64,000 nucleotides of DNA from Candidatus Alectryobacillus sp. (lineage in GTDB: Bacteria > Bacillota_I > Bacilli_A > RFN20 > CAG-826), in NCBI GenBank assembly GCA_036735985.1, contig DAINNH010000003.1:35297-99296 (forward strand), in the 5' to 3' direction. How positions within the stretch are numbered: the first letter of the stretch is position 1; the number at the start of each line of letters is the position of its first letter. The notes beneath the pieces were generated by a model, which saw only the letters and a program-made list of their open reading frames with translations, had not been told where the DNA came from and did no database searches. Positions 45,177 through 54,613 of the stretch are shown here, piece by piece. Made by a program: the position numbers and the translations under genes.

Positions 45177-48170
45177 ATGCTAGAATTACGTAATATAATA
45201 AAAGATTATTTGAGCGGCGAAAATACTGTTCACGCTCTTAAAAATATCAATCTTAATTTCGACAGCAACGGCATGATAGCTGTTCTGGGCGAATCTGGTT
45301 GTGGTAAAACAACTCTTTTAAACGTGATTGGTGGATTAGACAAATACACCAGTGGCGACATTTTAATTGATGGAGTATCTACCAAAACCTACAAAAGCAA
45401 TGATTGGGATGCTTATCGTAACAAATATATTGGTTTTGTTTTTCAATCATATAATTTAATTCCACATTTAACATGTTTGCAAAACGTAGCTCTCGCCTCA
45501 ACTGTAGGTGGTGAGTCTTTTGTCGAAAGCAAAGAAAAAGCCAAAGAAATACTAATTAAAATGGGTTTGGAAAAAGAAATCAATAAATTTCCAAACCAAA
45601 TTTCTGGTGGCCAGGCACAAAGGGTTGCTGTTGCTCGTGCTTTAATCAATAATCCAAAAATTATTTTAGCAGACGAACCAACTGGGGCCTTGGATAGCAA
45701 GAATTCTATTTCCTTAATGAAGACGTTAAAAGAAATTTCGAATGATCATTTAGTAATTTTAGTTACTCATAATTCTCGTCTAGCAGACGAATTTTGTGAT
45801 CGTATTATTACAATGGCGGATGGCGTTGTTACTTCTGATAGTAAGGAAACCAAAGCCTCAGAAACACCACGAATTCGCGTACTAAATAAAGACAAATCAG
45901 GTTTTGGTTTTGCTACTTCTTTACGTTTATCCTGGTCAACTATTTTTACGAAAAAAGGCCGATCAATTATTACAGCTATAGCGAGTTCAATTGGAATTAT
46001 TGGCGTGGGTTTAATACTAGCTTTAAGTAATGGGTTTCAAGCTTATATTACTAAAGTACAGACTGAAACATCATCAAATATGCCAATTATTGTATCTTCT
46101 GCTCAAACTTCTTTTAAACCTAATCCTAATTACAAAGAATATACAAAATTTCCAAACAACGAAGAAATTATTGTTTATGATGCTTCTACTAGTGGACAAT
46201 ATATTTATCTTGAAACAACGAACAACTTAACTAACGATTATGTTAACTATGTTAACAATATCGACAACACAAAATATAAAGGTTCAATTGGTTCAAAGAT
46301 AATAAATTATACAAATATTAATCATAACATTTTCGCTCAAAACACAAAAATTAATGAAGGCGATGCTATTGAAACTATAAAAATTAATCCATATTCTAGT
46401 GTTTCAGGCGGAACTATTGCTAGTGTTATAGCCTCTATATCAGGTTTACCAAAATCAATACTTCATGAATTTTATGGCGACCAGAATTATATTGGTAAAT
46501 CATATGACGTTTTGGCTGGCGCCTATCCTCAAGACAGCATCGTTAATGGCGATACTTTTGAAGTAGCTTTGGTTCTTGATTCTTATAATAGAATTGAATC
46601 GAATACTTTAAAAAAACTTGGTTTTTATAGTTCTTCCCAAATTGATTATATGGTCCAAAATAACAAAACCATTAACTTTAATGATTTTATTGGTAAAACA
46701 TATACTTTTTATTTAAACGATGATCTCTATGACGAACAAGGAAGAATTACTAATAAAGCCAACGATCGCACAACAACAACACAAACTATCACAATCAAAG
46801 ATCAAAATGGAAATGATGTTAATTTTGATGTTGATATTCCAATTAGTGATATTACACAATATGCGCCGCAAAACGAAGAAGATTATTATTCCTTATATAA
46901 TGGCACCTATCAAAAATACTCTGCCGATGGCACAACATCTTTAGGAGCGGCGAAAGCTTATCATTTAAAAGTTTCAGCTATTATGCGCGTAAACAAAAAT
47001 GCTTTAATTGATTATATGCCAGCTTCCTTATGCTATAACCAAAGTTTTAAAGATTTTGTATATAAATACGACAATGCTTCAAAAATTGTGAATGATACTA
47101 CTCATAAACTTTACGCTAATATTGATATTTATAATTTACAATCTTTATTTAACCTATATAATACGAAAAATGTTTTTCCTATGTTTAAAACTATGGGCTT
47201 TATTGATGACAATGTTGAAGTTCCTGCTTGGGCTGCAGCGTTAAGTGAAGCCACTCAAAACGACTTTACCGAAGCTTTCCAGTGGTGTGGACACTGGTAC
47301 GCGCCTTTAGCTAAAAAAGATTCAAATTCGCATGCCCTTTCTTTTAATGATAGTTATTATACCTATTCTGGCTACATTTCTTCATTATCCAAATTAGGAT
47401 TAGTTTTTGATAATATTGACTATACAAACGTTAAGGACTTTATAAATATTTTTAATAGTGCATTAACGGCTGCTCGTGAAAATAATACTGTTCGACTTGC
47501 TTATTATACGGCACAGTTAAACTTAAAAATTCAAGAGGATTCTACAATTCTTCCAATGATGTTTGTATATTTGGCAACTAAGCTTTCAAATTATTCACAA
47601 ATTACAAGTTTAATTATTTTTCCTACTAGTTTAACAACTAAACCAGCCTTGAAAGAATATTTAGATAATTACAATGTAAATAAGGAAAATACAGATGTTG
47701 TTTCTTATGCTGATTATGCTGGAGATTTAACTGATCAGCTTTATTCAATTGTTTCAATAATTTCGATTGTTCTTGTTATATTTAGTTCAATTTCATTGAT
47801 TGTTTCTTCGATTATGTCTGGTGTAATTACATATACTTCTGTTATCGAGCGCACCAAAGAAATTGGAGTTTATCGAGCTATTGGTGCTCGTAAAAAAGAT
47901 GTGGGAAGATTATTTATTTTTGAGAATATAATTATTGGAATATTTTCCGGAGTTTTAGGTATCCTATTAGTATATTTAATATCTATTCCGATCAACGTCG
48001 TTATTTCAGGAATGTTTGCAAAATATAATATTGGAAATATTTGCTCATTAAGTGCGCTTGCAGCAATTGTCCTTGTGGCTATCGCTGGATTTTTGGCATT
48101 TATTTCATCTATCATTCCAGCTTATGTTGCAAGCAAAAAAGATCCAGTTGTTGCTTTAAGGAGTGAGTAG
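45177..48170 (+). CDS. MacB/FtsX-type ABC transporter, fused ATPase-permease with a very large extracytoplasmic domain
   Basis: 997 aa. NBD motifs are GESGCGKTT, ISGGQAQRVAVARAL and IILADEPTGALD. TM1 lies at about residues 262-285, followed by roughly 575 aa of hydrophilic Asn/Tyr-rich sequence. Three C-terminal FtsX TMs follow (VIERTKEIGVYRAIGARKKDV). Confidence 0.85.
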   Translation: MLELRNIIKDYLSGENTVHALKNINLNFDSNGMIAVLGESGCGKTTLLNVIGGLDKYTSGDILIDGVSTKTYKSNDWDAYRNKYIGFVFQSYNLIPHLTCLQNVALASTVGGESFVESKEKAKEILIKMGLEKEINKFPNQISGGQAQRVAVARALINNPKIILADEPTGALDSKNSISLMKTLKEISNDHLVILVTHNSRLADEFCDRIITMADGVVTSDSKETKASETPRIRVLNKDKSGFGFATSLRLSWSTIFTKKGRSIITAIASSIGIIGVGLILALSNGFQAYITKVQTETSSNMPIIVSSAQTSFKPNPNYKEYTKFPNNEEIIVYDASTSGQYIYLETTNNLTNDYVNYVNNIDNTKYKGSIGSKIINYTNINHNIFAQNTKINEGDAIETIKINPYSSVSGGTIASVIASISGLPKSILHEFYGDQNYIGKSYDVLAGAYPQDSIVNGDTFEVALVLDSYNRIESNTLKKLGFYSSSQIDYMVQNNKTINFNDFIGKTYTFYLNDDLYDEQGRITNKANDRTTTTQTITIKDQNGNDVNFDVDIPISDITQYAPQNEEDYYSLYNGTYQKYSADGTTSLGAAKAYHLKVSAIMRVNKNALIDYMPASLCYNQSFKDFVYKYDNASKIVNDTTHKLYANIDIYNLQSLFNLYNTKNVFPMFKTMGFIDDNVEVPAWAAALSEATQNDFTEAFQWCGHWYAPLAKKDSNSHALSFNDSYYTYSGYISSLSKLGLVFDNIDYTNVKDFINIFNSALTAARENNTVRLAYYTAQLNLKIQEDSTILPMMFVYLATKLSNYSQITSLIIFPTSLTTKPALKEYLDNYNVNKENTDVVSYADYAGDLTDQLYSIVSIISIVLVIFSSISLIVSSIMSGVITYTSVIERTKEIGVYRAIGARKKDVGRLFIFENIIIGIFSGVLGILLVYLISIPINVVISGMFAKYNIGNICSLSALAAIVLVAIAGFLAFISSIIPAYVASKKDPVVALRSE

Positions 48171-48172
48171 TT

Positions 48173-50794
48173 ATGGATATAAGAGAATTGTTTAGCCCTG
48201 TTAAAGCTCTAGAAATACGTCGTAAGGCTTTAAAAACTGCGGTCGATAAAGCTGAAAGATATGATCCAAATTATAAAGTTGGTTTAGATTTTGTTCAGGT
48301 TGAAGAACGTAAGAAAAATTTGTTGGTTAACAAAAAGAAAAAAGTTGTTACTAAAACTTATTTTCGTATTTTCACAGATAACTTCTTCTCATTTTTTAAT
48401 ATTTTGATTTTTGGTCTCGCAATCATCGCTGGAGTTGCTCAGAAGTATAACCAATTAATGTTTTTGGGTGTTATTTTAGTAAATTGTGCAATTGGTATTT
48501 ACCAAGACATCCATGCACGACACCTTGTTGACCGCCTTTCAATTATCAATAAAATGACTTCAAAAGTAGTACGAATGGGAGTCCAGTCTCAAATATCCGC
48601 AAACGAATTAGTTTTGGATGATGTAATTTATCTTGAAAATGGTGATCAAATTCCAGCTGATTGTATTTTATTAAATGGAAAATGCTCTGTTAATGAAGCT
48701 ATGTTAACCGGAGAACCAGATGCAGTTAAAAAGAAAGTTGGTAGTACTTTATTATCAGGGACTTACGTTAGTAGTGGAACGTGTTATGCCCGAGTCAACA
48801 ATATCGGAAGTTTAAATGCTGCTGAAGAAATTCAAGCAAAAGCTAGTGCTTTCAATAAACCTAAATCAGAAATTTTGCGATCATTAAATTTCTTATTTAG
48901 AATTATTGGATTTATTGTCATTATTGTTGGAATATTATCTATTATATCTTATTGGTATATTGACCCAAAAAATTTCGATTGGGCAACTTTTGCTGGAAAA
49001 CCAAATGACAACAATTCTGGTTATGTCGGCTCATTTGTAGGAACACTTGTGGCGATGATTCCTGCTGGATTATTCCTTCTTACCTCGACTGCCTTAAGTG
49101 TTGGAGTTATAAACTTATCAAAGAAAAGATGCTTGGTTCAAGAACTTTATTCTATTGAAATGTTAGCTCGTGTTGACACTTTATGTCTTGATAAAACCGG
49201 AACCATCACGGATGGCACAATGCTTTTCAACGATTATATTAAAATTGATAAAAAATTCGAAGTAGACAAGGCTGGACAAATTATACGTTCAATAATTGCA
49301 GCAACCAAAGACGATTCTTATACAACCAAAGCTCTATTGAGCCAATTTGGAAGATATACGATAGTTCAAGCCAAAACCAGCGCACCATTTTCAAGCGAAA
49401 CAAAATGTAGCGGTGCTACTTTTGATCATTATGGAACATTCGCAATGGGGGCCTTTGGTTATTTAAAAATTACAAACGAAAAAGTTGTTAAACCAATAGT
49501 TAATGAATATTCCCGTAAAGGTTATCGTTGTTTAATATTAGGGACTTGTAAAAAGCCAATTATTGGCGATAAAATTCCTGAAGAAATGACATGTATTGGC
49601 GTAATTGTTCTTGAAGATCATATTCGTGAAACGGCACCAAATACTTTAAAATGGTTTGCTGGCAACGGTGTTGATGTTAAAGTTATCTCTGGCGATGATC
49701 CAATTACAGTAAGTGAAATTGCTTATAAAGCCGGAATTCAAAATAGCGAATCCTATATTAATCTCCAAGGAATGAGTGTTGAACAAGTAAAACAAATTGC
49801 TAATAATTATGCAATTTTTGGTCGAGTTTCTCCAGAGCAAAAAGAAGCTCTAGTAGTTGCTTTAAAAGATGCTGGTAAAACTGTTGGAATGACAGGCGAT
49901 GGTGTAAACGACATTTTAGCTTTAAAGAGATCAGACTGCTCTATTGCAATGAATAGCGGATCAGATGCGGCTAAGAATGTATCCCATCTTGTTCTTTTAG
50001 ACAGCGATTTTTCTGTTTTGCCAAGCGTTGTTAGTGAGGGCCGACGTGTTATTAATAACCTTCAAAGAACCTCATCTTTGTTCTTATCAAAAACCATCTT
50101 TACGATGATTCTCTCTGTTCTTGCTATTATCATGACATTCTCTTTACGTGATCCAAATATGATATTCCCATTACAAACCAATAACTTCTATGTTTGGGAA
50201 ATTGCTTGTATTGGTGTTGGCGGATTCTTCTTATCACTTGAACCAAACGCTTCACAAATTGAAGGACACTTCTTATCAAATGCTATAAAACGAGCTTTGC
50301 CTATTTCGATTGCTTTATTTTTAACAACGTTTATTTATTTTATCATCTTTATTATTGATAATTCGATGGGCGGCCATGTCATTTTCTCTTTAAATGCAAA
50401 TTGTACAACAAAGCAAACATATCAAGCTATGTGCTCAATTGCAATGTGTGTTATCGGCTTCTTCTCGTTTTATCGTATATGCATGCCGTTTACCAAATAT
50501 CGTGTTTTCGTTTTTGTTATTTTATTAATATTAACAGTCGTCGGTTTGATCGCGACTTTCAGTATTAAGATTAAAGATATTAATGGCAATATGATTCCAT
50601 TTGGATCCTTCTGGTTTGCCTTTGACTTTACTAGTTTCTCATTAATTGACTGGGTTTGGTCGGCGGCGATTCTAGAAGCTGGTGGTTTCTTCTATGTTTT
50701 ACTTGATAAGAGATTTGAAAAACTCAATCTCTTTAAGAAATTTTATATGTCGAAATTAGAGAGAGAACAATATGAACGCGAACGAAAAAATTAA
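48173..50794 (+). CDS. P-type (E1-E2) ATPase, substrate unclear
   Basis: 873 aa with LTGEP, the phosphorylation site DKTGTIT, and the hinge TGDGVNDILALK. The TM4 motif reads IPAGLF rather than PEGLP. Confidence 0.9.
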   Translation: MDIRELFSPVKALEIRRKALKTAVDKAERYDPNYKVGLDFVQVEERKKNLLVNKKKKVVTKTYFRIFTDNFFSFFNILIFGLAIIAGVAQKYNQLMFLGVILVNCAIGIYQDIHARHLVDRLSIINKMTSKVVRMGVQSQISANELVLDDVIYLENGDQIPADCILLNGKCSVNEAMLTGEPDAVKKKVGSTLLSGTYVSSGTCYARVNNIGSLNAAEEIQAKASAFNKPKSEILRSLNFLFRIIGFIVIIVGILSIISYWYIDPKNFDWATFAGKPNDNNSGYVGSFVGTLVAMIPAGLFLLTSTALSVGVINLSKKRCLVQELYSIEMLARVDTLCLDKTGTITDGTMLFNDYIKIDKKFEVDKAGQIIRSIIAATKDDSYTTKALLSQFGRYTIVQAKTSAPFSSETKCSGATFDHYGTFAMGAFGYLKITNEKVVKPIVNEYSRKGYRCLILGTCKKPIIGDKIPEEMTCIGVIVLEDHIRETAPNTLKWFAGNGVDVKVISGDDPITVSEIAYKAGIQNSESYINLQGMSVEQVKQIANNYAIFGRVSPEQKEALVVALKDAGKTVGMTGDGVNDILALKRSDCSIAMNSGSDAAKNVSHLVLLDSDFSVLPSVVSEGRRVINNLQRTSSLFLSKTIFTMILSVLAIIMTFSLRDPNMIFPLQTNNFYVWEIACIGVGGFFLSLEPNASQIEGHFLSNAIKRALPISIALFLTTFIYFIIFIIDNSMGGHVIFSLNANCTTKQTYQAMCSIAMCVIGFFSFYRICMPFTKYRVFVFVILLILTVVGLIATFSIKIKDINGNMIPFGSFWFAFDFTSFSLIDWVWSAAILEAGGFFYVLLDKRFEKLNLFKKFYMSKLEREQYERERKN

Positions 50795-51326
50795 GGCTCT
50801 ATTCTTAAAAAAGGTAGAAACAATGCCAATTGAAGCAATAAATGTTTCAATTCTTTGTGATGAGCTTAAGATTAAACGACAAACATTTTATTATTATTAT
50901 CGTGATATTTATGATTTAACGGACTCTATTTTAATAGGATATAAATCAGATCTTTTGGCAAATGACTTTAATGAAGAATATTTAGAAAAAATTATCAACT
51001 TTACGCATGAGAACATCATTTTTTTAAATGCTTGTGCAAATTCAAGTTTAGAATCTTTAATTCATGAGTTTATTTATGACTTATTACTAAAATATGTTAA
51101 TGGTAAGGTTTTGAGTTTTAAAGATAGTGAAAAACTTAATAATACCGATACTTTAGAGATTTCTTCTTTTTTATCCGAGGGAACTACAAATATTTTTGTA
51201 AGTGCTTTAGATAACGTTAAGGATTTTTCTTCAACTAAGATATTAAATAAAATTGAAATATTAACGAGCAACAAAATACTAAATGACCTTATAAACGACT
51301 ATTATGAAAATAGAAAGAGGATTTAA
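50772..51326 (+). CDS. TetR-like transcriptional regulator (DhaS-type HTH)
   Basis: 184 aa. The N-terminal INVSILCDELKIKRQTFYYYYRDIYDL resembles a TetR HTH. Its start lies 23 nt inside the 3' end of the ATPase gene. Confidence 0.6.
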   Translation: MNANEKIKALFLKKVETMPIEAINVSILCDELKIKRQTFYYYYRDIYDLTDSILIGYKSDLLANDFNEEYLEKIINFTHENIIFLNACANSSLESLIHEFIYDLLLKYVNGKVLSFKDSEKLNNTDTLEISSFLSEGTTNIFVSALDNVKDFSSTKILNKIEILTSNKILNDLINDYYENRKRI

Positions 51327-51328
51327 CT

Positions 51329-52510
51329 ATGATTGATTTTGATTTCGTGTCTCCAACTAAAATATTTTTTGGAAAAGAAAAAGAAAACAATGTTGGTGAT
51401 ATTATAGCTTCTTATGGTTATAAAAACATTTTAATTGTATATGGACAGCATTCAGTTATTAAAAGTGGATTATTAGATAAAGTATGTGATTCATTAAAGA
51501 AAAGTAATGTTAATTATTTGTTGTTTGGTGGCGTTAGAGCCAATCCAACAACTGAGCTCGTTCATGAAGGGTTAACATTAATTAAAGAAGCACAAATTGA
51601 TTTAATTTTAGCTGTTGGCGGTGGCTCAGTGATTGATGTTGCTAAATCAATAGGCTGCGGCTATTTTTACAATGGAGATCCATTTGATTTTAATATGTAT
51701 TTAGCTAAACCAACAAAATGTCTACCAATTGGCGTTATTTTAACAATTGCTGCAAGCGGAAGCGAACTTTCAAATTCTTGCGTAATTCAAGATGATGCCC
51801 GTGCTATGAAAAAGGGATTTAATAATGATATTATTCGTCCTCTTTTCGCAATTGAAGATCCAGAATTAACCTATACTTGCCCTCAATATCAAACTTCGTG
51901 TGGAATTGTTGATATTATGATGCACACTTTGGAAAGATATTTTTCAGATAGTGATGAAATAGAAATGGCTGATGATTTTGCGGTCGCTCTTCTCAAAAAT
52001 GTAGTTTCTGCAGGGAAAATTGTCCAAAATTTCCCAAATAACTATGAAGCGCGAAGTGTTTTGATGCTTGCTGGTTCTTTATCTCATAATGGCTTAACTT
52101 CTATTGGCAAAAATAATAAGTTTCCATGTCATTATCTTGAGCACATTTTAAGTGGATTATATCCTGAAGTAGCTCACGGAGCTGGCCTTGCTGTTATCTT
52201 TCCAAACTGGGCCGAATCATATTTAAGCGAAGAAGCAGACATTAATAAGATGAGTGTTTTAGCCAAAGAACTTTTTCATTGTAATTGTAATTCAAAGATT
52301 GAAAGTGCTAAAATGTTCATAGCAAAAATAAGAGAATACTTTACTCTCTTAGGGATGCCTTCTAATTTTGAAGAATTAGGTCTTAATGATGTTAGCGTTT
52401 TTAAATTAGGTGAACAATTTGTTATTAATGGTACACGTGCGATTGGCCATGGCAAAAAACCTTTGGATCAAACGCTTGCTATCGAGATTTTTGCTCGTTG
52501 CAATAATTAG
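51329..52510 (+). CDS. iron-containing (group III) alcohol dehydrogenase, butanol-DH/YqhD-like
   Basis: 393 aa with the GGGSVIDVAKSIG motif and His-rich metal-site regions (MHTLE, HGAG). Confidence 0.88.
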   Translation: MIDFDFVSPTKIFFGKEKENNVGDIIASYGYKNILIVYGQHSVIKSGLLDKVCDSLKKSNVNYLLFGGVRANPTTELVHEGLTLIKEAQIDLILAVGGGSVIDVAKSIGCGYFYNGDPFDFNMYLAKPTKCLPIGVILTIAASGSELSNSCVIQDDARAMKKGFNNDIIRPLFAIEDPELTYTCPQYQTSCGIVDIMMHTLERYFSDSDEIEMADDFAVALLKNVVSAGKIVQNFPNNYEARSVLMLAGSLSHNGLTSIGKNNKFPCHYLEHILSGLYPEVAHGAGLAVIFPNWAESYLSEEADINKMSVLAKELFHCNCNSKIESAKMFIAKIREYFTLLGMPSNFEELGLNDVSVFKLGEQFVINGTRAIGHGKKPLDQTLAIEIFARCNN

Positions 52511-52521
52511 GAGGAATCTGT

Positions 52522-53694
52522 ATGAAAAAATCGGATGCTTATTCTTATGTTGTTTATTTTTTAATATTATTCACTGCAATAATGTTAGGAGTATATGTTC
52601 TTCGACCAACCATTGAAGCTTATACCGGAAAAGGAATAAGTGCTTTTTATGTGTCAATTATAACATTTTTTGTTGGACTTATTGTTTTACCACTTTGCTA
52701 TGAATTTATGCATTTATTGGGCGCAAAAGTAGGCGGTTATAAGGTTTATTCCTTTGACGTTTTCTATTTTAATTTCTATAAAGATGGTGAAGGTAAAAAT
52801 AAATTTAGATTTAAATCATTTGACGGATTAACTGGTGAAACTAAAGTTGCGCCACGCGAAAGACCAAACGGAAAAATTTGTAATCCAAAACCAATGTTGT
52901 TTTTCCCTAATTTATTTTTAAGTGCGTTCCTAATCGTTTCTATCTTTATGTATTTATTCTTTAATGCTCAAACCTCTCCATTTAAAGCGGTGTTCTGTAT
53001 TTTAATGATTCTCTCAGCTTTATTTTTGTTTTACAACATTTTACCAATTGAACTTGATGCTAAAACTGATGGTTATCAATTAAAACTTATCGGTAAAGAA
53101 ACTGATGTGGCTATTTATAATGAATTATTACGTTTACAAGAATGTGAATTTTATGGAATAGATAAAGGCGAAGTAAAAGTCTTCACTGATAATATGTCGG
53201 ATTTTGCTGCTCAAATCGATTTAATGACTATTTATAAATATATTAGTGAAGAAAAGTATTATGAAGCACGTAAAATCATTGATGCAATTCTCGCCCAAAA
53301 AGATAAAATTCATTATAATATTGGAATTGAATTATTAGCACAAAAATTATTTATCTATCTTTATACTGGCGCGATTAGCGATGCTAAAGAATTTTATAAC
53401 AATAGCATGACGGCCGAAGAGAAACGTGATATTTCAAATTCCGATTCGCTTGTTTGTATTAGAACATATATCTTAGTTTCAACGTTCTTAGATCCTTCTG
53501 AGAGCGAAATTCAATACGCCACCGAAAAGGCTGACAAAGCTTATAAGCGTATTAATTCTTCTTATAAAGAAATTGAGAAAAAGTTATATAAAAACACTTT
53601 AAAAATTGCTCAAGATGCACATCCAACGTGGGTATTAGTCGAAAGCAATGTTGAAGAAAAGAAACCAGAAGAAAACAAAAACGAAGAAAAATAA
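52522..53694 (+). CDS. membrane protein with a degenerate site-2-protease-like core and a helical-repeat C-terminal domain
   Basis: 390 aa with about 4 TM helices. YEFMH stands where M50/DUF3267 proteins carry HExxH. NILPIELDAKTDGY resembles the S2P NxxPxxxLDG motif. The C-terminal 190 aa are soluble and helical. SD GGAGGA is present. Confidence 0.5.
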   Translation: MKKSDAYSYVVYFLILFTAIMLGVYVLRPTIEAYTGKGISAFYVSIITFFVGLIVLPLCYEFMHLLGAKVGGYKVYSFDVFYFNFYKDGEGKNKFRFKSFDGLTGETKVAPRERPNGKICNPKPMLFFPNLFLSAFLIVSIFMYLFFNAQTSPFKAVFCILMILSALFLFYNILPIELDAKTDGYQLKLIGKETDVAIYNELLRLQECEFYGIDKGEVKVFTDNMSDFAAQIDLMTIYKYISEEKYYEARKIIDAILAQKDKIHYNIGIELLAQKLFIYLYTGAISDAKEFYNNSMTAEEKRDISNSDSLVCIRTYILVSTFLDPSESEIQYATEKADKAYKRINSSYKEIEKKLYKNTLKIAQDAHPTWVLVESNVEEKKPEENKNEEK

Positions 53695-53706
53695 AAATCA
53701 AAAACA

Positions 53707-53735
53707 AAAGCAGGCACATCAAGTGCCTGCTTTTT
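53707..53735 (+). terminator. bidirectional rho-independent terminator (five-gene operon / mscL)
   Basis: Stem GCAGGCAC (53710-53717) / GTGCCTGC (53723-53730), flanked by AAA and TTTTT. Confidence 0.8.
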
Positions 53736-53767
53736 AAATGTAAAATTTTTAGAATTTTAATTCGTAA

Positions 53768-54466
53768 TTATTTCTTTTCTTGAGTTTCTGCTTGTTTTTC
53801 AAGAAGCCCTTTGATTTGAGTTAATAATTCAACTTCAGTTGGCTGTGGCTTAACTGGAGCTGGTTCAACTGGTTTTTCTTCTGGATGAGCTTTGAAATAT
53901 TCTTCACGAATCTTAGCTTCCATCTTTTCACGATGAACTTGTAAAGATTTAACAACTTTAACGATAATGAATAATGTTAAAGCAATAATTAAGAATGTAA
54001 TAATTGCATTAATAAACGTTCCCCAATCAATAATGGCTGATCCATTATAATAGTAGGTTGTTCCATGTAATGTATACTTCTTTAATAGTGAATTTTGCCA
54101 GCTAATAAATGCGGCATCATCAACAGATAAGTTTGTAACACCTTGAGAAGCGGCATAACTAAATGTTGCTTGGACAACATTGGCCGCATCAAATGATTGG
54201 CCACCGACTGCAGCAATGCCAGCTTGAGCATCATTAAGAGCAGGAAGAACAGTTACTAGTCCTTTAATACCACCTGGGACAGCCCAAGTGCAAACGCTAA
54301 GTAAAATATTTACTGATGATGTAACAATTGCACCAAAGGCACCGCCAATAATGACACCAACGGCCATATCAATAACGCTGCCACGTGTAATGAAAGCTTT
54401 AAATTCTTTCCATAAAAGATGAGCTTTCTTTTTTGTTTCAACTATCGTTGTTTGATTAATCTCCAT
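53768..54466 (-). CDS. mscL: large-conductance mechanosensitive channel MscL with an enlarged extracytoplasmic loop
   Basis: 232 aa. The TM1 signature is [25 protein letters not shown]2 is [19 protein letters not shown], and the C-terminal helix is [15 protein letters not shown]. About 90 aa lie between the TMs. Confidence 0.8.
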   Translation of the reverse strand: MEINQTTIVETKKKAHLLWKEFKAFITRGSVIDMAVGVIIGGAFGAIVTSSVNILLSVCTWAVPGGIKGLVTVLPALNDAQAGIAAVGGQSFDAANVVQATFSYAASQGVTNLSVDDAAFISWQNSLLKKYTLHGTTYYYNGSAIIDWGTFINAIITFLIIALTLFIIVKVVKSLQVHREKMEAKIREEYFKAHPEEKPVEPAPVKPQPTEVELLTQIKGLLEKQAETQEKK

Positions 54467-54613
54467 AATTCATAAATCTCCTTTATGCTTATATATTCTA
54501 ATACATTTAAACATAAAATGTTATAGTTGAGAAAATTAAGTTATTTTAATATTTTCTCGTTTTCAAACGCTTATCTTTGATTTAAAATATGAATACTAGT
54601 AGGAGATGGAAAT

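Noticed and set aside
54529-54558. 8-bp inverted repeat GAGAAAAT-N14-ATTTTCTC, and ACATTT-N7-AAATGT (54503-54521), in the mscL/degV divergent spacer.
   Set aside because: The arms are short and A/T-rich with long loops. This is within chance expectation for this base composition.
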